Under the pieces are notes generated by a model that made no database searches, was not told where the DNA came from, and saw only the letters and a program-made list of their open reading frames with translations. 64,000 bases of DNA. It comes from Methanocaldococcus sp. 16A. Lineage in GTDB: Archaea; AGJL01; Methanococci; Methanococcales; Methanocaldococcaceae. Numbering within the stretch: the stretch's first letter is position 1; every line of letters starts with the position of its first letter. Location: assembly GCA_049860595.1 (NCBI GenBank), contig CP187551.1, one strand, 5' to 3'. The translations under genes and the position numbers were made by a program. This document shows, piece after piece, positions 20,368-30,351 of the stretch.

Positions 20368-22131
20368 TTAGTTTAATGAACCTAATTCATTCTTAACTTT
20401 CTCCATAATCTCTTTTGATTTAACATTTATGAATTCATCGTGTGGGATATATTTCATTCTTGCAATATCTTGCTTAACTGAAACTTTCAATATTTTAGCT
20501 GGGTCAACTCCTCTTTCAACAGCTTTCAATGCCTCTTGGTAGAATGTCATAATTATCTTTAACATTAAGTATTGCTTCATTGGAGGGCAGTATGTATCTA
20601 CTTCATCAAATGCATCTTGCTGTAAGAAATCTTCTCTTAGCATTCTTGCTACTTCTAAGATAACTCTCTCCCTATCTGGCAATGCATCTGGCCCGACTAA
20701 CTGAACAATCTCTTGCAACTCTGCTTCTTTCTGCAACAATCCCATTGCTTCATCTCTTAACTGTCTCCAATCTGGTCCAGTATTTGTGTTCCACCACTCT
20801 GTAACGTCATCAACATATAATGAATAACTCTGCAACCAGTTAATAGCTGGGAAGTGTCTTCTTCTTGCTAAGTTAGCATCTAACGCCCAGAATACCTTAA
20901 CAATTCTTAGTGTGTTTGATGTAACTGGTTCTGAGAAGTCCCCTCCTGGTGGTGAAACTGCCCCAACAATTGAAACGAATCCTTCTCTGTTGTCTTTTCC
21001 TAAACAGATAACTCTTCCAGCTCTTTCATAGAACTGAGCCAATCTTGAAGCTAAGTATGCTGGATATCCTTCTTCCCCTGGCATCTCTTCCAATCTACCA
21101 GAAATCTCTCTCATTGCCTCTGCCCATCTTGATGTTGAATCTGCTGTTAATAAAACCCCGTAACCCATATCTCTAAAGTACTCTGCAATTGTAATTCCTG
21201 TATAGACAGAAGCTTCCCTTGCAGCGACAGGCATGTTTGATGTGTTTGCAATTAATACAGTTCTATCCATCAATTTGTTTCCTGTCTTAATATCCTCTAA
21301 GTGTGGGAATTCTTCAGTAACCTCTGTCATCTCGTTTCCTCTTTCTCCACATCCAATATAAACGACAACGTCAGCATCACTCCACTTAGCTAATTGATGC
21401 TGAGTAACTGTTTTTCCAGAACCGAATGGACCTGGAATTGCTGCTGTTCCTCCCTTAGCTAAGGTGAAGAATGTATCCTCTACTCTTTGTCCTGTAATCA
21501 TTGGGATTTTTGGAGGTAACTTCTCTTTATATGGTCTTCCTTTTCTTACAGGCCATTTTTGCATCATTGTTAATTCTTTTCTTTCTCCATTCTCTAATTC
21601 AACAACTGCAACAGTCTCTTCAACAGTGAATTTTCCTTCTTTTATTTCAACAATTTTTCCTTTAACTCCAACAGGTACTAAGATTTTGTGAACTATTGAA
21701 GGGGTTTCATCAACAGTACCAATGATGTCTCCTTCTTCAACATAATCTCCTTCATTTACAACTGGCTTAAATTCCCATTTTATATCTCTTGATAGTGCAG
21801 GGACATCAACACCTCTTGGGATAAAGATTGAACCAGTTTTCTCTTCAATTGCTGTCAAAGGTCTTTGAATACCATCATACATCGCTCTTAACATTCCTGG
21901 ACCCAATTCAACTGATAATGGAGCACCAGTCCCAACAACTGGCTCTCCTGGCTTAATTCCAGAAGTCTCCTCATAAACCTGAATAACTGCCCTATCATCT
22001 TGCAACTGAATGATTTCTCCAGTTAATTTCTCTTCTCCTACCTTAACGACCTCATACATCTGAGCTCCTTTCATTCCTTCTGCAACTACAACAGGTCCAG
22101 CAATTTTGATAATCTTACCAACAACTGGCAT
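20368..22131 (-). CDS. atpA: A-type ATP synthase subunit A (no intein)
   Basis: GPFGSGKT Walker [17 protein letters not shown]. Confidence 0.98.
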   Translation of the reverse strand: MPVVGKIIKIAGPVVVAEGMKGAQMYEVVKVGEEKLTGEIIQLQDDRAVIQVYEETSGIKPGEPVVGTGAPLSVELGPGMLRAMYDGIQRPLTAIEEKTGSIFIPRGVDVPALSRDIKWEFKPVVNEGDYVEEGDIIGTVDETPSIVHKILVPVGVKGKIVEIKEGKFTVEETVAVVELENGERKELTMMQKWPVRKGRPYKEKLPPKIPMITGQRVEDTFFTLAKGGTAAIPGPFGSGKTVTQHQLAKWSDADVVVYIGCGERGNEMTEVTEEFPHLEDIKTGNKLMDRTVLIANTSNMPVAAREASVYTGITIAEYFRDMGYGVLLTADSTSRWAEAMREISGRLEEMPGEEGYPAYLASRLAQFYERAGRVICLGKDNREGFVSIVGAVSPPGGDFSEPVTSNTLRIVKVFWALDANLARRRHFPAINWLQSYSLYVDDVTEWWNTNTGPDWRQLRDEAMGLLQKEAELQEIVQLVGPDALPDRERVILEVARMLREDFLQQDAFDEVDTYCPPMKQYLMLKIIMTFYQEALKAVERGVDPAKILKVSVKQDIARMKYIPHDEFINVKSKEIMEKVKNELGSLN

Positions 22132-22212
22132 ACTCTCTACCTCACAGTCTATGTTTTATCCAACATTAAGATTTAAAGTATTATTTATAAGTTATTAAAT
22201 TTGTTATTTAGA

Positions 22213-22509
22213 TTATTTCATTGAAACTCCTACTGCTTTTCTTATTAACTCTTTAACTGGGTCTATTCTATCAAGTTTACCATGCTTATCTGGAATTTCA
22301 ACAATAACCTTATCTATATTTTTTATTTTATCTTTTATACTTTCAGCAATCCTTTCTGTGATAATTATAAATGCAATATTTTCATTGTTTGCAAGCTCAT
22401 TGACTGCTTTAACTGCTTCTTCATCATTTTTAACTTCATAAACATCAGTTAAACCAGCCAATCTGAAACCAATGGCTGTTTCTCTATCGCCAACAACACC
22501 TATTTTCAT
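22213..22509 (-). CDS. atpF: A-type ATP synthase subunit F
   Basis: IGVVGDRETAIGFRLAG; operon position. Confidence 0.96.
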   Translation of the reverse strand: MKIGVVGDRETAIGFRLAGLTDVYEVKNDEEAVKAVNELANNENIAFIIITERIAESIKDKIKNIDKVIVEIPDKHGKLDRIDPVKELIRKAVGVSMK

Positions 22510-22518
22510 TTACCTCAC

Positions 22519-23718
22519 CTATAAAGATATAAGCAAGCTTCTTATTTCTTCTGGCTTTAAGTTTTCTATTTTACCTTTTATTATTGCCTTAAGGTTTTTA
22601 ACTTCAAGCTCTTTGCTAACAATTAAACCAATAATTGGACCTACACCAAATGGTTTTCTTGTTGATAACTTCTTACCTTTTTCTAATACAAATTTATCCA
22701 ATGCCTTTTCAAATGCATAAATTGATTTGGTTTTTTCAAATTCTTCCATAGCTTCAGATAAAACTTCAGCATAGCTTGTTCCTTCTAAACCGCTTAAAAC
22801 TCCCTCTATTCCACCAGCACTCATTAAATCTTTTAACTTCCAATCTGCCAACTCATAGCCAGTTAGAGTAACATATTTACTGAGCTCATCTGCTGACAAA
22901 CCATCTGCTTTACCTTTTAATATAACTTTTAAGTTTTCTACATCAATTAATGTCCCTACAAATTCTCTAAATAAGTCCTCTTCCTTACCTTCAGTCATTA
23001 TTGTTTTTCTTAAGCTATCTAAGTAGTATTTATCTAATGCCAACTCAAATCCTATTATGTTAGATGTTTGTTCATAGTTTGACAGTTCCTCTTGCAATAC
23101 CTTAAAGTATTCTGTTCCATCTAAACCTCTAACAACTTCCTCAACTGTTTTAACTTCACTAAGCTCTTTTAATTTTTCGACTGGTATGTTTCCTAATGGA
23201 ATTAATAAGCTGTATGTTTCTTCAGCATTTAAACCTACAAACTTAGCTCTTATTAATGTTTTTATATTTTTAATGTCAAACTTCTTAGCAAAGACCTTTA
23301 AAACTTTCTTTGCACCATCTGGTGATATTCTGAATATTAAAGCATACAAGTCAGCTAAATACATGTCTAATGCCTTTTCAACAGCAACAGGATCTTTTAA
23401 TTCATTCATAACCTCTGCAACATACTGCCCATAATCAGTATCTTCTAACAATCCAACTAACTCCTCTAAGCTCCCAGATTCAATTAATTCATTTAACTTG
23501 GCATCATCAAGTAATCTTGCTTCTCTACTTCTTATTCTCGCATTGACATAAGCGTAAGGAGCTAAATCAATAACCATCTTTGTAATCCATACAATTACAA
23601 TAAGAACAATGATGACAGTTGCTATAACAATGAGCAATGTTAAAGGATTATCGAAATATGTCATTAATGTTGAATATAATGTTTTTAAATTTAATAAAGT
23701 CTCTATGTTTATCGCCAT
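22519..23718 (-). CDS. atpC: A-type ATP synthase subunit C
   Basis: YAYVNARIR and EVKNLKAII motifs; N-terminal hydrophobic extension. Confidence 0.95.
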   Translation of the reverse strand: MAINIETLLNLKTLYSTLMTYFDNPLTLLIVIATVIIVLIVIVWITKMVIDLAPYAYVNARIRSREARLLDDAKLNELIESGSLEELVGLLEDTDYGQYVAEVMNELKDPVAVEKALDMYLADLYALIFRISPDGAKKVLKVFAKKFDIKNIKTLIRAKFVGLNAEETYSLLIPLGNIPVEKLKELSEVKTVEEVVRGLDGTEYFKVLQEELSNYEQTSNIIGFELALDKYYLDSLRKTIMTEGKEEDLFREFVGTLIDVENLKVILKGKADGLSADELSKYVTLTGYELADWKLKDLMSAGGIEGVLSGLEGTSYAEVLSEAMEEFEKTKSIYAFEKALDKFVLEKGKKLSTRKPFGVGPIIGLIVSKELEVKNLKAIIKGKIENLKPEEIRSLLISL

Positions 23719-23730
23719 TAGGCATCACCT

Positions 23731-24351
23731 TTAGAATAACTTCTCTGTGATTCTCGCCCTAATTACATTCAAGTTTCTATTAAATATCGCTTCTAAGCTG
23801 TTGTCTAATGATTTTAATCCATCAATAGTTTCTATTATACATCCTCCAGTAATATCTACAGGTTCCCCCTTTTTCAGTACAGTTACTTTTTTTGTCATGT
23901 TTTCAACTTCTTTTTCTAAATACCACAAAGTTGCATCATCAATAATTTCCATATCTCTTTTATTTAGTCTTACAACCAATTCTCCTCCTCCTAATGAGAC
24001 AGCTCCATCTCTTATTAAGTTTATTAACTTATCTTTATACTCTGGTTGTTCAGGCAATTTAACAAGCTCTTCTTTTAATTTTTCTATTGCCTTATCCATA
24101 ATCTCTTCTTTAGCTTCCAATAACTTTTTCTTTGCTTCTAATTTTGCCTCTGAAATAATTCTACTCTTAGTCATTTCTGCTTCTTTTTCTCCTTTCTTTA
24201 ATATCTCTGCTTTTCTTTTCTCTGCTTCTTCCCTTGCTTTCTCTAAGATTTTAGCTTTTTCTTCCTCTGCCTGTGCAATTATTTTATTAGCCTCTGCTTT
24301 AGCATCTTCCAATATCTTTGATTTTATTTTATCAACTCCCATCAATTTCAC
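23731..24351 (-). CDS. atpE: A-type ATP synthase subunit E
   Basis: coiled-coil N-terminus, ITGGCII...DNS; real start possibly ATG 24342. Confidence 0.95.
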   Translation of the reverse strand: MKLMGVDKIKSKILEDAKAEANKIIAQAEEEKAKILEKAREEAEKRKAEILKKGEKEAEMTKSRIISEAKLEAKKKLLEAKEEIMDKAIEKLKEELVKLPEQPEYKDKLINLIRDGAVSLGGGELVVRLNKRDMEIIDDATLWYLEKEVENMTKKVTVLKKGEPVDITGGCIIETIDGLKSLDNSLEAIFNRNLNVIRARITEKLF

Positions 24352-24407
24352 CTGTTAAGATTAAATTTAAAAATTTTTTATAAAGTTCAAAAAAGGATTT
24401 AGCTAAT

Positions 24408-25064
24408 TTAGACCATGAGCATGATTAAGATTGCTATCAACAAACCAAAGATAGCGAATGTCTCTGGCATAACCGCTAAAACCAATCCTTTACCCATTGC
24501 TTCTGGGTCCCTTGCAGTAGCTCCAATAGCTCCTGCAGCAGTAATACCCTGCCCAATACCAGAGAGACCAGCAAACCCAACTGCAAACCCTGCCCCTAAA
24601 GCAGCTATCTCTGTTGAACCTGGACCGCTAAAGACACCAACCAACAACAAGATAGCGATTAACAAACCATAGATAGCCTGGGTCTCTGGAAGGACAGAGA
24701 AAACCATTGCTTTACCGAATATGCTGTTGTCTTCAGCAACAGCTCCTAAACCTGCTGAAGCAGCTATTCCCTGACCAATAGCTGATAAACCTGCTAAACC
24801 AGCTGCCAAACCAGCTGCAAACATTGCCCAAGGTGAAGCAGTCTTAAATACAAACAAGATAAGGATTGCTACTAAGAATCCATACAAACCCTGTGTCTGT
24901 GGAAGTGCTTGGAAAACAATAGCTGTACCGAACTTATTAGGGTCTTCTGCAACAACTCCCGCTCCACTAGCTCCTGTAATTCCTGCCCCAATTCCTGAAC
25001 CTAAACCAGCAATACCTACTGCTAAACCTGCACCAATAGCTCCTAAGATTAAAGGGTCTACCAT
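24408..25064 (-). CDS. atpK: A-type ATP synthase proteolipid subunit K (c), triplicated
   Basis: three hairpin repeats with ALPQTQ, VLPETQ, VMPETF. Confidence 0.96.
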   Translation of the reverse strand: MVDPLILGAIGAGLAVGIAGLGSGIGAGITGASGAGVVAEDPNKFGTAIVFQALPQTQGLYGFLVAILILFVFKTASPWAMFAAGLAAGLAGLSAIGQGIAASAGLGAVAEDNSIFGKAMVFSVLPETQAIYGLLIAILLLVGVFSGPGSTEIAALGAGFAVGFAGLSGIGQGITAAGAIGATARDPEAMGKGLVLAVMPETFAIFGLLIAILIMLMV

Positions 25065-25126
25065 ACAATATCACCTCAATTTTATTAAGTTTTAAGTTGT
25101 ATTTTTTGTTTTTATATTTTATTGTC

Positions 25127-25220
25127 ATAGGACTTTCGCAGGAATAAATTTTTTTATTGAATATAGACACCTATAGGTGTCAAAGTTCCTCATTAAATAT
25201 ATAAACTGCGAAAGTCCTAT
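25127..25220. repeat. palindromic intergenic element, family 1, copy E (opposite orientation) between atpI and atpK
   Basis: ATAGGACTTTCGCAG...CTGCGAAAGTCCTAT perfect 15-bp ends; central GACACCT-AT-AGGTGTC. Confidence 0.92.
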
Positions 25221-25263
25221 GTTATATCAGATATTAGAAAGATTTAAATAATCTTAAAAGGAA

Positions 25264-27294
25264 TTAAGCGGTGGTATATTCCCTATTTGCCTTAAATGGA
25301 CTAAACTTTTTACCTCCACCTTCATAGAACTGACTGAAGAACTCCACATAGTGCAATCTTAGAGAGTGTATAAACGCTCCTAATCCATTCATTACGAAAT
25401 TGAATGCATGCCCTACCAATAGTATGAGCAGAGCAATTATTATTCCAACTACTGGAATGGATTCTCCAACAATCTTAGCCATAATGTTTACTGCCATTGC
25501 TAAACCTCCAGTAGCCAAACAGAGAGCTAACAATCTTGCGTAAGACAACACGTTTCCTAAGAATCCTGTTATATCCATAGCTCCTAAACCAGCTCCCATG
25601 ATTCCATTTTCTTTGAATCCCTTAAATGCACAAAGTATTATAACAACAGCTACAGCTCCCCATATTATTACTGATATTCCATATATTGGACTTATTGGGA
25701 ATATGATTCCAACTATCAATGCCAATATTAAGAATATCCAAATACCTTGATTGAATATTGCCTCCTCCTTATTACCTTTTTTCATATTTTCCATAAATCC
25801 AACTATCAACCCAATTAGTAAATGTAAGATACCAACAACTATAGAAAATCCTAATATTGCTATTGGACCGTTTGGAATGTATTTACTTTCCCCTAATGGA
25901 TTAACCAAAGCTAATCCATAGTCATAGAGATTTATATTTAAGAATTGTAGCAAGAAATCTCCCAAGTAACCTCCTGTTATAATACCCATTATAATTGTTG
26001 AGATTCCAGCTAATGTTAATATATAACCAAGCTTATTAGCTCCTTCACTAACTTTACCCATTTTTTTCCACGTCCATAAACCAACTATAGTTAGCAATAA
26101 ACCATAAACAGCATCTGTTAGCATAATTCCATAGAACAACAAGAAACCAGGAACTAACAACAATGTTGGGTCTACCTCATTGTATTTTGGTAGTGCATAC
26201 ATCTCTGTAAGCATCTCAAATGGTTTAATTGCCTTTGGATTATCTAACAATACTGGAATCTTCTCCTCAGGTTCATCTGGTTCACTTATTTCAACAAATG
26301 CAAAGCCATCTGCTGCATTCTCAATTAAATTCTTTGCTTTTTCAGCATCTCTTGCAGGAACCCATGCCTCTATGTAGTAAGTTCTATTTGTTTTACCAAA
26401 TTGTGAGTATGCATCTCCTCTTGCCTTCTCTATACTCAGGAGTTCATAGACAGCCAATAACTCTTTCTCCCATTTTTCTGCTAAAGCTCTTAATTTCTCT
26501 ACTAAGCTATTTCTTTCTGATTCTATTGATTTTAATTCACTCTCTATCTTTGATAAAGCTTCACTTGGTGTCCCTTCCACATCACTTATATCATATCTCT
26601 CAAATTCGAACTTTCTAATCTCTGATAAGACACTCTCAAGCTTCTCTTTCAATGTAACAAATACAATTGGGACTCTAATCTTTTTATCCTTTTCAAATTC
26701 ATTTCCAGTGAATACTTCAATGTATCCATCTGCTACTTTATCAAGCTCTGCTTTTAATTCAGCAACTTTTTCTTTAGGGACACTTCCAGCTCCAATAAAC
26801 ACATACTCCCCAGAACCAAGGTATTTTAAGTCAAACTCTAAACCTTTTAAGTAAGATATTTGCTCTTTTAATTGCAATAACTTAGATTTTTTGTTATCTA
26901 ACTCTGATAATTTTTCAGCTGATTCATCAACATCTTTGCTAATATCACTTAATACCTTTTCAGCATATTCAATAACTTCTTTGTAAGAGTTGAAAGAAAC
27001 TTTCTTCTTTTCAATAGGTTTTGGATTCAAAATATCTTTTATACTTGTCTCTTTCTGGCTAACACTTGAAAACATATCTAATACTCTACTAGCCTTTATC
27101 ATCAATGATGTAACATTTCTAACATAATCAGCTGATGATGATTGTGACAACAATGTCTTCCATTCCAAATCTTCCAATTTTTCAGATAAATCACAAAGTT
27201 CAACAATTCCTGCTTCATGTAGACTTCTTACAACATTATCAATTTTTTCATCCAATATCACCGCTTTTAACTTCTTCATTCTTACAGGTCTCAC
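25264..27294 (-). CDS. atpI: A-type ATP synthase subunit I (a)
   Basis: PKYNEVDPT, SYARLLAL, HSLRLHYVEFF. Confidence 0.96.
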   Translation of the reverse strand: MRPVRMKKLKAVILDEKIDNVVRSLHEAGIVELCDLSEKLEDLEWKTLLSQSSSADYVRNVTSLMIKASRVLDMFSSVSQKETSIKDILNPKPIEKKKVSFNSYKEVIEYAEKVLSDISKDVDESAEKLSELDNKKSKLLQLKEQISYLKGLEFDLKYLGSGEYVFIGAGSVPKEKVAELKAELDKVADGYIEVFTGNEFEKDKKIRVPIVFVTLKEKLESVLSEIRKFEFERYDISDVEGTPSEALSKIESELKSIESERNSLVEKLRALAEKWEKELLAVYELLSIEKARGDAYSQFGKTNRTYYIEAWVPARDAEKAKNLIENAADGFAFVEISEPDEPEEKIPVLLDNPKAIKPFEMLTEMYALPKYNEVDPTLLLVPGFLLFYGIMLTDAVYGLLLTIVGLWTWKKMGKVSEGANKLGYILTLAGISTIIMGIITGGYLGDFLLQFLNINLYDYGLALVNPLGESKYIPNGPIAILGFSIVVGILHLLIGLIVGFMENMKKGNKEEAIFNQGIWIFLILALIVGIIFPISPIYGISVIIWGAVAVVIILCAFKGFKENGIMGAGLGAMDITGFLGNVLSYARLLALCLATGGLAMAVNIMAKIVGESIPVVGIIIALLILLVGHAFNFVMNGLGAFIHSLRLHYVEFFSQFYEGGGKKFSPFKANREYTTA

Positions 27295-27312
27295 TAAAAT
27301 CACCTTGTTAAT

Positions 27313-27627
27313 TTAGATTTCAAGAATCTCTGATAACTTCAACGAGAGTATCTTAACCTTAGCAATTGATATAATCTCTTTAATCTCGTTTTCTGTCTCT
27401 TCAATAATCTTCTCAGCTTCTTTTTTAGCCTCTTCCTCAGCTTTTTTAATCATTTCTTCAACAAGTTTTTTTGCTTCTTCTTCAGTTTCAGCAATGAGTT
27501 TTTTTGCTTCTTCAATTGCTTCTGCCTTTATTTGCTCAGCTCTATTTTTTGCTTCTTCTATTTCCTTAACTGCCTGCTCTTCAGCTAACTTTACCTCTTT
27601 TATTGCATCCATAACACTAACACTCAT
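27313..27627 (-). CDS. atpH: A-type ATP synthase subunit H
   Basis: E/K/A-rich coiled coil, first gene of the operon. Confidence 0.9.
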   Translation of the reverse strand: MSVSVMDAIKEVKLAEEQAVKEIEEAKNRAEQIKAEAIEEAKKLIAETEEEAKKLVEEMIKKAEEEAKKEAEKIIEETENEIKEIISIAKVKILSLKLSEILEI

Positions 27628-27715
27628 ACTTCCACCTGCAGTTATTGGTAATATTTTAAAAATAGAGCAGGTATATAAAATTTTTTATCCTCAGGTCTAT
27701 CACTATTTTTAGATA

Positions 27716-28225
27716 TCAGAGATATTTAGTGTGAGTGTGTATGATAGCGGGAATACAGCCAATGGCTGTGCAAGTTTCTAAAGACACTCTCTTTTCGGTT
27801 ATATCTAAATGGTATGTACATGATTCCATTATATCCTTCGGCAATCCATGTCTGCCTAAACCAACATATATCCCAACGGGTTTCTTCTTTAATAAATAGG
27901 CAGTGTCTAATGGAGTTATAACCTTTTTCTCATCTGGCTTAGATGTTGAAGCAATTGGAATTCCAAATTGAGGAAGAAATTTATCAACAATAAAAAATCT
28001 ATTTTTTTCAATTAATTTTTCTAAATATTCTCCAGAATTACCAATGGTTGTTTTTATATTTAAAATATCTTCCATCTCACACGGAAAGTCCATTATAGCC
28101 AAGTTGCAATCAAACGCATAACATATTGGAGCAGCTCTTGCAATAGCCCTCTTATGAGCTTCATGCCACCTCGTTTTATCATAAGAGTTGTATAAAATCA
28201 GAGTCATTCTCTTTAACTTTTTCAT
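27716..28225 (-). CDS. DUF531 family protein (putative SPOUT methyltransferase)
   Basis: EAHKRAIARAAP, GLGRHGLP, SLETCTAIG. Confidence 0.8.
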   Translation of the reverse strand: MKKLKRMTLILYNSYDKTRWHEAHKRAIARAAPICYAFDCNLAIMDFPCEMEDILNIKTTIGNSGEYLEKLIEKNRFFIVDKFLPQFGIPIASTSKPDEKKVITPLDTAYLLKKKPVGIYVGLGRHGLPKDIMESCTYHLDITEKRVSLETCTAIGCIPAIIHTHTKYL

Positions 28226-28317
28226 ACTTTACCTCAGAGGAAATACATTTCCTATTTAAATAGTTTTTTGTAATTATGGAAAAAGTTATTAATATATGTT
28301 TATTTTTTGCATAGAAC

Positions 28318-28332
28318 CGAAAAGTATATATA
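28318..28332 (+). promoter_or_regulatory. BRE-TATA promoter of tRNA-Leu
   Basis: CGAAAAG-TATATATA about 33-47 bp upstream of the mature tRNA. Confidence 0.7.
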
Positions 28333-28364
28333 TGAGTTCATCTATTCTATAATTCGCTTGCGGT

Positions 28365-28452
28365 GCAGGGGTCGCCAAGCCTGGCCAAAGGCGCCGGACT
28401 TAAGATCCGGTCCCGAAGGGGTTCGGGGGTTCAAATCCCCTCCCCTGCACCA
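28365..28452 (+). tRNA. tRNA-Leu(TAA)
   Basis: GCAGGGG/CCCCTGC acceptor, CCGGA-CTTAAGA-TCCGG anticodon arm, variable arm, CCA. Confidence 0.97.
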
Positions 28453-28542
28453 TTTTTTATTTTAGAAGATAATATTGACTAATTTAGATTAATAGATATA
28501 TTTAGCAAATAATTAAATAGCTCTTTTTTTAGAGTATTTATA

Positions 28543-28616
28543 TCCCCCCAGTGGGTTAGCTCTCTTGACCTGGCAGAGCTAAGGATGAGAGAGGGTGTTA
28601 AACTGGGGGGACATTA
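28543..28616 (+). ncRNA. box H/ACA pseudouridylation guide RNA (single hairpin with K-turn)
   Basis: P1 CCCCCCAGT/ACTGGGGGG followed by ACA; pocket GGGTTA/GTTAA; P2 GCTCTCTT/GAGAGGGT; K-turn TGA..GAT-GA; 14 nt from pocket top to ACA. Confidence 0.88.
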
Positions 28617-28640
28617 CCTTTATAAAATTTTGGTGAGAGC

Positions 28641-29198
28641 ATGAAAATCTATTTTGCTACTGGAAATCCAAATAAAATTAAAGAAGCAAATATTATTTTA
28701 AAAGATTTAAAGAATATAGAGATTAAACAGATAAAGATTGAATATCCTGAAATTCAGGGAACATTAGAAGAAGTTGCAGAATTTGGGGCAAAATATGTTT
28801 ATGAAAAAATAAAAAAGCCAGTTATTGTTGAAGATAGCGGGTTTTTTGTTGAAGCTTTAAATGGTTTTCCTGGAACATATTCAAAGTTTGTTCAGGAAAC
28901 TATAGGTAATGAAGGAATTTTAAAATTGTTGGAAGATAAAGATAATAGAAACGCTTATTTTAAAACTGTTATTGGTTACTGTGATGAAAATGGAGTTAAA
29001 CTATTTAAAGGTATTATAAGAGGAAAAGTTTCAGAAGAAATAAGAAGTAAAGGATATGGATTTGCTTATGATAGTATTTTTATTCCTGAAGGGGAAGAAA
29101 GAACTTTTGCAGAGATGACTACCGAAGAAAAGAGTAAAATATCCCATAGAAAAAGAGCTTTTGAAGAATTTAAAAAATTTTTATTGGATAGGATTTAA
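28641..29198 (+). CDS. rdgB: dITP/XTP pyrophosphatase (Ham1/RdgB)
   Basis: [27 protein letters not shown]. Confidence 0.96.
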   Translation: MKIYFATGNPNKIKEANIILKDLKNIEIKQIKIEYPEIQGTLEEVAEFGAKYVYEKIKKPVIVEDSGFFVEALNGFPGTYSKFVQETIGNEGILKLLEDKDNRNAYFKTVIGYCDENGVKLFKGIIRGKVSEEIRSKGYGFAYDSIFIPEGEERTFAEMTTEEKSKISHRKRAFEEFKKFLLDRI

Positions 29199-29756
29199 AT
29201 AATTTTTAATGATTTCTTCAATTTCTCCGTTATCTATTAAGTAAGTATCAAAAAACAATTTTGATTTTGGAACTAAAACAATATATTTAATACTATTCTT
29301 AGAGTTTAATGCTTTTACTTTATATCCTTTAAAAAATTTCCAAGGTAAAACAAGATAGTAATTTAAAAATGGCTTTAAAAAATTAAATATTTCAAAATAT
29401 ACGATAATTCCTTCATTATAAATCTCAACATTCCCAGATGTTGGATTGAGTTCGTCATAAATAATAGCAATAGAGAGAAATATAATAGAAAAAGCTATTA
29501 TTTTGTTATCTGGATGATTTATATTTATTAAAAGATAAAATGAGAAAGATAAAAGAATAAAAACCATTATTAATGTAAAAATCCATCTACCTTTATACAT
29601 TCCTAACTTAGTTGAAGTTATATAACTCCATTTATTTTTTGCTTTTTTGTATTTTATATATAGATATAAATCTAAAATTCCTCCAGGACTAAAAATAACA
29701 ATTACAATGAGAAAACAAGGAAAGAACAATAAAAATAATAGTAATACAGCATCCAT
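29181..29756 (-). CDS. membrane protein of unknown function
   Basis: about 3 hydrophobic helices, then [17 protein letters not shown] soluble tail. Confidence 0.7.
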   Translation of the reverse strand: MDAVLLLFLLFFPCFLIVIVIFSPGGILDLYLYIKYKKAKNKWSYITSTKLGMYKGRWIFTLIMVFILLSFSFYLLININHPDNKIIAFSIIFLSIAIIYDELNPTSGNVEIYNEGIIVYFEIFNFLKPFLNYYLVLPWKFFKGYKVKALNSKNSIKYIVLVPKSKLFFDTYLIDNGEIEEIIKNYLNPIQ

Positions 29757-29767
29757 AATTTCCCTCT

Positions 29768-30286
29768 TTAATGTTTAAAATATCTTTTAAGTATTTCTTC
29801 GAGTTTTCTACCCTTATCTTTTAAATAAACATCTGATGAAATATATTTTTTTCCAATTAGTTTTATTTTATCTTCAATTTTCTCATAACCTTCAAATGCT
29901 CTCCATGTAGATAATTTTTCAAAATAAAATCCATCGTTGGATATATAAACTGGAAACTTATAAAATCCAACAAAACACATTAGAGCAATCATAATTATAG
30001 CCATAAATATAACCAATACATAAAGTTTTAAAAAAACATATAAAAAAACTGCCCATAAGATTATAACAAATAAGAAAGATATTATTAGATTTCTAAATGC
30101 TTTTGGCATAAGATTTTTAAGATTATCTCTATATTGAATTATTGCATTGTTTTTTACTTTATCCCTTTCTAACTTAAAGTATTTTATAATCACATATAAA
30201 GGAATTAATCCAAGAATAAATATTAAAAATCTAACATAAAGATAAAGCATTAGCCCAATTCCGTTCATATTCTCACATATTGACAT
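29768..30286 (-). CDS. membrane protein of unknown function, probable distant paralogue of its neighbour
   Basis: 3 hydrophobic helices, then ISNDGF..TWRAFEGYEK tail. Confidence 0.7.
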   Translation of the reverse strand: MSICENMNGIGLMLYLYVRFLIFILGLIPLYVIIKYFKLERDKVKNNAIIQYRDNLKNLMPKAFRNLIISFLFVIILWAVFLYVFLKLYVLVIFMAIIMIALMCFVGFYKFPVYISNDGFYFEKLSTWRAFEGYEKIEDKIKLIGKKYISSDVYLKDKGRKLEEILKRYFKH

Positions 30287-30351
30287 TGTATAATATCTAT
30301 ATTTAACACATTTATAAATATAAAAATTTTTACATAAAATTTGGTGAAAAC

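Noticed and set aside
20368-22131. Intein in ATP synthase subunit A
   Set aside because: The 587-aa sequence is continuous through GPFGSGKT and CGERGNE
23747-24358. 203-aa antisense ORF over atpE, and the many similar S/F/L-rich antisense ORFs
   Set aside because: Shadow frames of K/E-rich genes with no RBS or motifs
24967-25170. 67-aa ORF beginning inside repeat copy E
   Set aside because: It starts within the repeat and overlaps atpK out of frame
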